Below are positions 51,001 to 61,916 of a stretch of 64,000 nt of DNA, in pieces. Location of the stretch: assembly GCF_001447785.1 (NCBI RefSeq), contig NW_015175975.1:798142-862141 (forward strand). The letters run 5' to 3'. The stretch's first letter is position 1, and each line of letters begins with the position of its first letter. A program made the position numbers and the translations under genes. The DNA is from Gekko japonicus (Eukaryota). Below the pieces are notes generated by a model, which had not been told where the DNA came from, searched no databases, and was given only the letters and a program-made list of their open reading frames with translations.

Positions 51001-52154
51001 TCATTGTCAATCTAGCTCCGAAGAGAAAGACCCCTTCAGCTTATCTACTTCATAACTCTGGCTCCATTCTCCTGAAGTTTACACCTAGGCAATGAAAGCT
51101 CTATTATGTTTAGCTGAAGGTGCAAATCACATTGGCCCCTGAACAAAATCCAGGAAATTAGTGGCCACCCATTAATGCAGAATACAATGGTTTAGAAGAG
51201 ACAGATAGTCCTTGAGAATATCTATTGTTAAAATGTATGTTCTCTAGTCAAAGTTGAACACAGGAGACAGCGAAATTGACTGTAGTAACTTTGCCTGTTG
51301 TTCCTAGAGGCAGGCACACTAGCCAACCATGAAGTGAAGTAAGAGTCATGCAGGCCATAAATACCCTGGAGAAATGCAGTTTTCTCTCCATCACTACAGC
51401 TGGCAACAACCCACACAGGTAGGGGGCCATTTTATTCTGTTCATATAAAATCCTGTTGGGTGCATCAAGGAAGGATTTTTTCCCTGCTAAATTGCTTCCT
51501 TGACAATCAATTACATTTTTAAAGTTACATTCAACATCCTCAACTGAATTCCATCAGTCAGTTTTCCATTCTGAAGGCTTCAGAGTGTCTCAGAAAACAA
51601 ATCTCATTGTAAAGCTGCTATTAAATGCCATCCTTGTTAGTTACCAGATGTGGTTAAGTATCTATATAAAACTCTGGTGTCCTACTACTGAAGCAGCCAA
51701 TCCATGACACTGGCAGGCCAAACCTCTAGACAAGCATTACTGCTGCAGGAGACAGATGTGTTAAGTCCACTGAATGACAAAGACATAAGCCTAAGCATTT
51801 ACGCATGTGGGCACTGGCCTGACCCAAAACTGGAATTAACCTAATCTATATAATTAGGTACAAGAGGAAGACCCTCCCATGTTCACCTATCCTCTGTTGC
51901 AGACCCATTTCCCAAGTTTACTGACCTCTTATTGAAATAAGCCATCTTCTATAGAAACTCAAATACTGGGGCCAGCTTTGTACAAGTTGTGCATGGGTGG
52001 TGTTTTCTTCTACAAAAGTGGAAGAGCTATAGCATATGTGCATACGCCAACTGCTTAAACTGACAGTCCACCACAAAGCTTCGTGCCTCAACACTTCTTG
52101 CTATGCTATGGCTCAAACACACAAAAGTAAGATGCTTGGTTCCTTTAAAAAAAA

Positions 52155-54400
52155 GTGTTATTATTTTTCAACACATAACACTTAACACAAAAAACAAATA
52201 AAACAAATAAAATAAAACATTGAGCAGGAGTACATTCCATTAATTGTGCCTAATGTTTCCCTTTTTATACAGCAGTAATTGTTTTGCACCTATTCTATCA
52301 CTTTATATATGGACATATACTAACTGAAATTTCTATTTCTATTACTATTCTATTTGTACTTTCTAATGGTTATAACATGAGTCACTTAAGGTACCACTCA
52401 ATCCATTTATAGAGTCTTGACCATGTTTTCTCAAAAATATCTTCTCTCTTCTCTCTTGCCTTGTAATATCAAAGTTAATTTGTCCATCTCAGCCGTTTCT
52501 AAAAGTTTATGTTATTTCTTCTTTTGATGGAATTTCTTCTTTTCTCCAATATTTAGTGTACAAGATTCTAGCAGTGATTACCACATGTATAATCATATAA
52601 GCATCCGTTTTTTATAATGTTCCGGTATTATATTCAATAAAAACAATTCTGGTACAAAAGGTATATTTGTTGCTAATATTTCTGGTAACATCTCATACTT
52701 TTTACTTTTATTGCATGTCCACCATATATGAAAAAAGATCCAATATTTTGTTTACATTTCCAACTACCATTTGACATATTAGGATAAAATTTTGCTAGTC
52801 TGTCTGGCATGATATACTACCTATAAAACATTTTATATTCATTTTCTTTATGTGAAATAGCTTTGGTATATTTTATATTTGTTTTCCATACTTTGGACCA
52901 TTGATCTAATTCAATATTATGTCCTAAATTTTGTGCCCATCTAATCATTGAACATTTAACCACCTCATCTTGTGTTTTCATTTCCCACCAACTCAATTCA
53001 GTACCTTGTTTTTGGAGAATATCCTGAGTTTTTAGATTATTTTAATTGTCTAACAAATCCTCATACCTTCACATTGGATGTTTCATGAATAGTCTGGGAT
53101 TCGTAAAGGCTTCAAGTGGTGAGACCCATTTTGGTATTTTTGTATAATAGAGTTTTTTCATTTCTTCCCATATTTTCAACAATGACCTTGTAAGGATATG
53201 TATGCTGTTTAAAATACTTATGTGTATTGTCTCTACCATACCATGCAAAGGCAACCAAGTAATAGGTCATGTCCTTCTAGCTTCAAAAGTCTTGAATTGT
53301 CCAATATAATCCATTCTCTCACCCATGTCAAGATGTTGCTTTGTAGTATAAGGACCAGTCTGGTAAAGCAAATCCTGCTCTTTCTTTCGTATCTTGACGT
53401 CCTTTCATCTTTGTTCTGGGTCCCTTGCCCCTGAGAGCACTGCGATCCGGGTCACAGGATCGATTAGTCCCCCCTAGCCCTAGGGATGCCAAATTAACAT
53501 CCACGAGATCTAGGGCGTTCTCTGTCGTAGCACCAACGCTATGGAATCAGCTCCCCCAGGAGATCCGCGCCCTCCGGGATCTCAGTCAGTTCCGGAGGGC
53601 GGTGAAGATGGAGTTGTTCCGCCAGGCATTCAACGACTTAGATTGAGTATGCCAGCGTTTATGGTCGCCATCTTGTGTATCTTATAATGTGTATTTTATA
53701 ATGTCGGAAAACCGTGATTTTAATGTATTGTATGCTGTTTTACAGGTATTGTTTTACTGTTTTACTGTTGTAAGCCGCCTTGAGCCGCCTCGGCGGGAGG
53801 GCGGGATAGAGATCAAATAAATAAATAAATAAATAAATAAAATAATAAATAAACTGTCTTAAAAGCTTGTCTAGGTATTTAAAATACTGTTGGTTTTTAA
53901 AAATTGGAATAGTTTGAAATAGAAAGAAGAGTCTTGGTAAAATATTCACTTTTACAGCAGCTATTCTTTCCATAAAAAATATCTCCAGGTCCTTCCATTT
54001 TTCCAGATCCTTCTGAATTTCTGACAGAAGTTTCATATAGTTATCCAGCTGTAAAGAACTATATCTATTTGTCAGGGTTATTCCTAAATATTTCACTTTC
54101 TTTTGGACTTCAATGCCTGAGATACTTTGTAGTTGTTGGATCTAGTTTTTAGTACAAGTTTTTGCCAATATTTTAGTTTTCTTAAAATTAAATTTTAGGC
54201 CAGCTACCTGTCCATATTCTTGTAATGAATTTATAAGTTGAATAATAGATTCTAGTGGATCTTCTAGAATAAATACTAAGTCATCTGCAAATGCTTGTAA
54301 TTTATATTCTTCTCCTTTTATTTTGAGTCCTTTAATCTGAGTATCTTTTCTCACTGTGTCGTTTAATGTTTCAAGAGCAAAGATAAAATGTAACACTTGC
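52155..54400 (-). mobile_element. L1-clade LINE, 5'-truncated and degenerate, interrupted by an L2 insertion
   Basis: Minus-strand peptides EEYKLQAFADDLVFILEDP, KYLGITL, ERIAAVKVNILPR..FLFQTIP; AT-rich composition. Confidence 0.9.
53427..53850 (+). mobile_element. L2 3' fragment inserted antisense into the L1
   Basis: RAFSVVAPTLWNQLP..R..F...K..LF motif; (TAAA)n tail; CpGs retained. Confidence 0.9.
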
Positions 54401-55629
54401 CTATTGACTTAGCTACTATCCGTTAGAGATAGATCTGAAGTTTTGAAAGGGTTTGGATGCAGTAAGTAGGACTAAGCACAGAGACGGAAATACCAAAATA
54501 ATACACACACTTGATTTCCAGTATGAGTTGGGAAAATCCATCACTCTCTTATTGATGAATCTGGTTGGTAGCTCTGGCCCCACATCCGGAAAAAAAGTGG
54601 CACAATATAGTGGATGGCACCAGCCATGATAGTGGATGGTGTAAATTTGATGCTGCAACGGCACTGTGTTGAATGATTGGTGCTACACCTAGGGTACAGC
54701 ACTGTGGTATGACACATGCTCCTCCCAATCTCTGGCATCTAAACCAGATTAGCCACTAGCAGGCTATCTGGATGAGCAAATGCATATACCAGTGGCTCAA
54801 GTAGCTATATAGTATTTTGGTAGAAAACAGTACTTGTCCCATCTTATCAGCAAATCCACTTTCATAAGAATGTCATGTTCACTGTACCTGGGATCAGATG
54901 CAGAACTGTGCACATTACAGGTAGGTGGGTGACCCCAATAGAGTTAACTGAAGCAACATGATACTATTAGTAATTTACAGACCTGCCAGGCCTCATACTG
55001 AGCCCTGCCACTTACAATTAGAATCATTCCACACTCCCTGCTATTCTCTGCATTGTGATCAAACAGCCATGAGAAAGGTTTTTCATCACTTTGACCATAA
55101 GAGTCTGTGCAGAAGGAGCTCAGGCAAGGCAAAGTGGGGGGTGGGGAATATACATATGGGATACGTTCCACTGGAATTTGGCAGCTGAAGAAGAGGCAGA
55201 GAAGACTGGGTTGGTTTCAGCAGGAAGGGGTTCTAAGATTTCCATATTTTCATATGAGGTATTCTGTTTCAGCAGTTGATAGTCTGGAAATGTGTTCATC
55301 AGAAAGAAAGGCAGACAGGGTGGGTGGCCTTTTCCAGTTGCTAAGTTGTCCTATCTCCCATGTTCCAAGTTCCGAAAATGGAGAACATGATAATTACAAT
55401 CCCTGTCTGGAATAAGCCAGAATCATAGGATCTCAGGCAGAAGTCAGCCTATTAAAAGACTTGGTTATGCTAGCCATCGTGCCTGGTAACATGTTCTTTA
55501 ACTATGCAGACTCAACCCCATGTGTGTGAGCCAAGGAAAAAGAGAATTCCAAGAACTTATAGAGCTCTCATTTTGCCGTTCTTCTAAAGAGAATAAAACA
55601 GAGTTTCTGTCAGAAGTTAGTATCTAGAA

Positions 55630-55700
55630 CAGGGGCGTCAAACATACAGTGACATTTATGTCAGATCCGACCCTCATAACAAATGAGTTTGACACCTCTG
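55630..55700 (+). mobile_element. 71-bp minimal Charlie-type hAT element
   Basis: CAGGGGCGTCAAAC...GTTTGACACCTCTG with perfect TSD atctagaa; ends match 26198-27337. Confidence 0.88.
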
Positions 55701-55709
55701 ATCTAGAAC

Positions 55710-55866
55710 TTGAGTCAAGATTGTTGATTCTGACTGGCAAAAATCAGTCTTAAGCTGAGGTCTTTCACATCACCTGCTGCCTGATCCTTATAACTGGAGC
55801 TGACAGAGACTGAACCTAAGATCCCCTGCATGCAAAACAGATGCTCTGCCACTGAGCCACAGCCTC
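55710..55866 (-). mobile_element. tRNA-derived SINE fragment (Squam2-like)
   Basis: Matches 29035-29250. Confidence 0.65.
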
Positions 55867-56629
55867 TCTTGATATTGCATGAAAATAAATCACTCAAATT
55901 GGTGCTCCAGTTAGGGGAAGTAACAGTAATTCTTGAACCATGCAGGTAAAGGCATGAGGAGGAGCTCCACACACCTACACACCCCAGCAATTTTAATAAA
56001 CTAATTGGATGCCCATTTCCAAGCTTCACAGCTTTTATTTCATCTGTGCTGCTGTTTAGTTTTTGTTTTGTTTTTAAACTTCTATACCTACAAGTAGATT
56101 CCCCCATTAGACTTGTAGAGGTCTACCCCTAAGAGAAAGGGGGGAAAGCCATGTGAAGTGCCTTGTGTTAGTCACTGCACTAACCAAGGTACCTGGTTCT
56201 CATTTCTGTCACTTTATGATCTCCAGCAGTGGCAGTTGGTGAATTTTGAAACTGATTGGGCAAAAGTGGGGTAAAAGTATGTTTCCCTTAAAAACTGTGT
56301 TTTGTAAGAACCTAAAGAATTGTTTTGTGAATTGTTTCTGCTTCAACCACTTGCATTCAAATTTCAGCAAATATCTTATTCGTAGTTTTCGGATTTTTAA
56401 CAGCTTCTGTTTAAGAGATTCTGGTTAATGGTCTTCCTGTGTTCAAATTGAATCTACTGGGTATCCATTTGGAAGTCCAGCTAGTAGTACTAAAATGTTC
56501 TTCTAGTTTCAGTACCTAGCAAAGGGCAGCCAAGATTGTCTGGAGGAACCCAGAGTTTAAAGAGAAGAGTTTTAGTGTTAGTAATGCCAGCCACACATGA
56601 ACAGGTCTTATTATTCTACGTCACTTGAG

Positions 56630-56835
56630 AAGTGTTCCCTCTTAACTGAGTTAGTGTGAACTAGCTCATGGTTTGTTAGCCTCCAGCTCACACATTTTTG
56701 TCTTAGCTCAGGAAGGAGGGCTCCAGAGCAGAGTAATTTATGCAGTAGCCAAATCACTCGCTCACAACTTTAATGCCAGTAGTTCACAAAGTAGAATTTT
56801 TGCTCACAAGACTCCACAGCTTGGAGGGAGCATTG
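56630..56835 (-). mobile_element. hAT MITE (TGTTCCCTCTAAGCTG family), inverse orientation
   Basis: TIRs; TSD cacttgag/cacttcag. Confidence 0.88.
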
Positions 56836-58385
56836 CACTTCAGTAAACTGTCCAACTCTGCCCTCCAAGCCAAACATAATCTTGGCTCCTTATACAAACA
56901 TTATTGCCATCACCTCAGAATACAAAAATGTGACTAGCCACATTAAGCTATCTCAGGTTAAGGATAGATATTCCTCACCCACCATCACTGCTCTGGTCAA
57001 ATTAGCAAACCTTCCCGATACCTTTCATTTAGAAGAGAACACACAAATCAGGAGATCCAGCTATGGAACTCCTGCATGACATATAAATAGGCCTTTCAGT
57101 TCAGCTGCCTGGCCAGTAGACAACCTTTAAGTCCTAGTGAGAGGGAAAAGGGATATCAGAGTGACAACTAATCAAATAGATTTCTGAACATGCATAGAAC
57201 CAAAATCAAGGATCATATCCAAAGTCTGTACTCTCTCCCCTCCATTTCAACTCTATCCAAGCCCCACAGTTGTTAATGCAGATCAAACTGTTGCTCCAGT
57301 ATGCTCTAAATGACACCAGGTCAACTTCAGTGTCTGTGGGGTCTGTTTAACTTAGCCCTTGGCAATGCTTTTTCTAGTAAACAGACTGTAATGTTTTACC
57401 CAAAGGTAAATGGATATTGCCATTTAACTCACCATAAAAGAGGACTTTTACAAAATCTGCTTAGCGTATGTTACAACTCAGCAAATATACAAGATGGCAA
57501 GGTAGAAAGAAGAAAGAACATAAGAGGGAAGCAAGGAAGGTGGCAGGCAAGGAGGTTAAGTGTGCATGTCTTATAAACAGCCAAGTCGACTAGTATTTAC
57601 GTATTTGAGCATCATGCTGCCATTTTGATGCTTGGTCTTATGTATGATCACAATGTGAATGACTGTTCTTATATTCACCACTATAGAATACACAGTGTCC
57701 AGTAAAATACAACTGTTAAGCATCACATCAATATGTAAACTCAAATCCTCCACCCAAGTGTTGTATAGAGCCCATTTGACATTAGAAAAGACCGTTTCAC
57801 ATCTAGGGTTCATTTTTGCCATTTTCTTACACATTTCAGCATTATGATAGCTTCCCCCCCACACACACACCAAGTGATTTGAGAGATTTTTAAAAGTCAT
57901 GGCCATTTGATGTTTTGCTTCCTAGGGGAGCAAAGCAGCCACCTCATCTGCAGGTTGCATCCAGCACTATTTTGCTTACTGGAAACCAGCAGAACCTTAC
58001 TTTTGGAAGACTGTGTGTGCTCCTACAGGTCCTCCCATTTCCTTGCTGTTGTTCCTTTGTCTTTACTCTGTGAATGTCATGGCCTTACACAATTAGCTAT
58101 TCTCACTGCCTCCAATTATGCCTTGCTTCTCAGATTCCCATACAAATTGTCCACTCAAGGCTTATGCCAGGATCTAATGAAAGCAACAAAACAGGAAGCA
58201 AGGACTAGAAGAAACTGTAGCACACCACACACTACATATTAAAAGTAAAAAAGCTCTGGGAGTAGAGGCCATTCCAGTTGCACCTTTGGTAGAATGCATT
58301 AGAGAAGTGTCTCAGCAACTTTGTTCTTTTAGGACATTACCACACGTACATTAGTAAACAATATCCCCAGAGTACAGCTGCTTAT

Positions 58386-58701
58386 TGTTGGCAGAGTAAT
58401 TAACACAGCAATGGTGCACAACCTGATTTAAGAATAAAGGCTTATTTAGGAATTAACATACTTGATAGGAAAGAGGAGAAACAGATATAGGTTCCTAACT
58501 GCATTTCTAGCTGAGAGAGGAGACTAAATGAGGCACTTCTGAGAAGAAAGAGGAAACTATCCTAAAAGCAGCAATCTGGAGACAGACAAGGAATGCCACT
58601 TCAGGAGAAAAGGTGCTGACCTCACTATCCTGTCTAATTGTCTTTTTGTTGCCCCCTGCAGGGTCTTCTTCTTTGTACACTAAACATTGCCTTTTCCAAC
58701 A
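58386..58701. mobile_element. Solo LTR with Copia-like termini
   Basis: TGTTGG...CCAACA, 316 bp, 5-bp TSD cttat/cttag. Confidence 0.6.
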
Positions 58702-59178
58702 CTTAGCACTTAACAATTTTCCTTCTGTAAACAAAAGAGCACCTATTATATAAGATTACTCTTGAAAGATTCAAGTATCCCCATATTTGCAAGAGAAAAC
58801 TGACCCACAAAAATAGTGACGTGCTATAGTTGTGTGTAAGCTAGCACAAACCATCAGCTTCACTGAAAAACATTTACCTCAACACAGACAGGTCAGCGCT
58901 TGGGGTAGAAAAATAACCCCACAAATACAAAACACATTAGTGATTAATGAGATGTTTGAAACATGCTGACCAAACACACAGATTTTTCAGGCATGGTATT
59001 TTACTACCCCAAGATACAGTGGCATTGGGCCTGGGGTAGTGAATAACCTTAAAGCATACTACTACTGATTTCCCCCCAGTAATAATAATTAATAATCATA
59101 TGGCATTGTATATACAACAGCCAGGAGATCTTAAGATTGTCTGACAGCCAGAAGTTCTAGCTCTTTACCGTTTAATTA

Positions 59179-59359
59179 CAGGGCTCTACTGGTAGCAGGA
59201 GCTCCTTTGCATATTAGGCCACACACCCCTAGTGTAGCCAATCCTCCAAGAGCTTACAAAGCTCTTCTTACTGGGGCTACTGTAAGCTCTTGGAGGATTG
59301 GCTACACTAGGGGGTGTGGCCTAATATGCAAAGGAGCTCCTGCTACCAGTAGAGCCCTG
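59179..59359. mobile_element. Near-perfect fold-back MITE (arms of about 78 bp)
   Basis: cagggctctactggtagcaggagctcctttgcatattaggccaca...gagcttaca and its reverse complement around a spacer of about 22 nt. Confidence 0.9.
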
Positions 59360-59384
59360 TGCACCACTAACTGGTGAGTTAGAC

Positions 59385-59546
59385 TTGTTTTTAAGGCAAG
59401 AGATGTTTCAGAGGTGGTTTGCCATTGCCTGCCTCTGCATCATGACCCTTGTATTCCTTGGATGTTGCCCTTCCAAGTACTACCTAAGGCCGACCCTGCT
59501 TAGCTTCCGAGATTTGATGGGATCAGGCTAGCCTGGGCTATCCAGT
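59385..59546 (-). mobile_element. 5S rRNA-derived SINE (5S-Sauria-like), partial
   Basis: ccaagtacta...ccgaccctgcttagcttccgagat is the reverse complement of the 5S rRNA internal control region, joined to a non-5S body. Confidence 0.8.
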
Positions 59547-59927
59547 TTTTCCAGTTTCTCCCAACTTAAGCAAATTGTTCTTTTCCAGCATAGAACTCCT
59601 AGAATTACTACTTGCACAGCTCTGATGCCACAATGCAACACACATACATCCCTGAAGAGTGAAGCAGAAGGTACTGACCAAAGCTAAGTGTTCCTGTGAT
59701 AAGAGTGTGACTTCAGGAAGAGGAAGCCATTCTAAAAGGATTTTATGCAAGGATTTGTAAGAACCAAGGAGAAAGTCTTACAAAGAAGATTTTGTGTGCC
59801 ATTGCCGCCCTGGGCCGTACGGGTAGGGCGGGATATAAATCCCAAAATAAATAAAATAAATAAATACCCAGCACACAGGTAGTTTGAAGACAGCTGGTAA
59901 CATTGCAGATACAGTTGCTGCAATTCA

Positions 59928-60146
59928 GTGTGTGTTTAAAGTGTCATCAAGTCACAGCTGACTTGTGGCAACCTTGTTGGGTTTTCAAGGCAAGAGACTA
60001 ACAGGGGTGGTGTGCCATTGCCTTCTTCTGCATAGTGACCCCGGTATTCCTTTGTAGTCTTCCAGACAGATACTAACCAGGGCCAATCCTGTTTAGCTTC
60101 TGGGATCTCATAAGATTGGACTAGCCTGAGCCATCCAGGTCAGGGT
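59928..60146 (-). mobile_element. 5S rRNA-derived SINE (5S-Sauria-like)
   Basis: cccggtattcc..tactaaccagggcc...ttagcttc 5S head; (AC)n tail; TSD-like gctgcaa on both flanks. Confidence 0.82.
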
Positions 60147-61714
60147 GCTGCAACTTTACTACAGACAAATATAATCCCTTCCCTTCTTTAATGAAAGCTA
60201 TAATCTTTTTTGTCTGCAAGAGAACAGAGGCTACTTGCCAAAGATTAAATTGCCCTTCCAGATGTACAATTGAGGGCTCTTTGCTCTCTCATTTGCTGCG
60301 CTGAACCAGGCTACTTTTATGCAGCAAGGAAAGGAAAAATCCCATTTAAACAATATGAATGAACAAAGCAGAAAGAGAAACCAGTTCTTGCAAACCCCAT
60401 CTGATAGGTTTTAAAAGTGGCGCACATCTGATACACAGAAATGCAGTTTTAAACACACACGAGGGCCTATGTGTTAACAGCTGCATTTGTCTCACTTACG
60501 GACAGGTGCTTTGCAAATATATTTATGTTTCCATTTTCAGCTGCCCACATCTTTCTTCAGTTTGACAGTGCTTCTCCTCCTTTCCACATAGCTAACAGTT
60601 TCACCAACACCAAGAAAGCCTTCATCAGCCTCTTCCTTGCCACCACTTGGTTAGGCAGTTGGGAGGAATACTTTTTCAATGCCAGATGCATTGACACTTA
60701 CGATTTACTTCATTTATAGTCTGTCTTTCTTGTCAGAAAATAAAGCAGATTGCAGAATTAGAAAACAATGCAATAAAACCCAGGACAATACATCAACAGT
60801 AATAAAACTGCATTTGAAATTAGAGATCAATGAACTAAGAACAGTAAAAGGGGGGGGGGACTGAGTATTTTCCTCCTCACAATAAAGCCTACAGTCCTGT
60901 TTTTATATCTATAAAAAGAGCCTTCCTTAACAATCTCAGTTCACTAAACATTTCAATTTTACTATCACCCTGTTCTTTTAAAAAATGTCTTCCATTTTAC
61001 ACATCTTGCAGAATGATAAAACATGGGAGCCTTCCTGACCTTATCAGGCTATTTCACCAGGTAGGAGCTACTATAGAGAACACTCTGGTATGGGACACCA
61101 TTGATCTAACTCATTTGCTAGTGTGATTAGTGCCCACGTTTTCCATTTAGGTGTCAAGCACAGCTAAGTCATCTATTTGACTACAAATGAGAGGTAGACT
61201 TCTGTATGGTAAGCTATTGATATTAATAGCACCCAATGTTCTGTGGACATACGTTAATCACAACCAATCCAAGAAATGGAAAGAGGCAACCACGCATATA
61301 TAAAAGAGACCCAACACTCTGGGTAAGAACACTTCTACCTGCTACGAGTCTGGCAAGGCACAGATAGTATAACAGCATTAACAAGGCGTCTTCAGAGGAT
61401 TTTTACAACAACAAGTTTTACAAGTTGGGTCCATCACTTCATTCACACCCAAGTCCCTTAGTAAATTAGCAGGTTACAGAGTTATGCATCATAACAAGCA
61501 GGGAGGAGGTTTTTGAAGTCCAAGAGTCCATTTCCATAGATGATTAGATGAAAGATAGGGAGTCTAGCAGTCCAGAGTACATCTTTCACCTGTTTATGTG
61601 CAGTCACTTCCAAGTTATCTGCATATACTTCCAATTTACCTACATATCTAGTAATGAGCATACTTTTATCTCAGTAGTCTAAGCAGAGAGCAAGTTGTTT
61701 ATGTATAAAGGGAG

Positions 61715-61916
61715 CAATGTTCCCTCTAAGCTGTGGAGTCTTGTGAGCAAAAATTCTACTTTGTGAGCTACTGATATTAAAGTTCTGAGTGAGCAATTTG
61801 GCTGCTGCATTAAATCAGTGTGCTCTGGAGCCATCCTTCCTGAGAAAAAAATCTGTGAGCCAGAGGCTAAAAAACTGTGAGCTAGCTCACACTAACTCAG
61901 CTTAGAGGGAACACTG
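61715..61916 (+). mobile_element. hAT MITE (TGTTCCCTCTAAGCTG family)
   Basis: TIRs; perfect TSD aaagggag. Confidence 0.92.

Noticed and set aside
59440-60130. 5S rRNA genes
   Set aside because: Diverged, partial and fused to SINE bodies, so they are retroposons.
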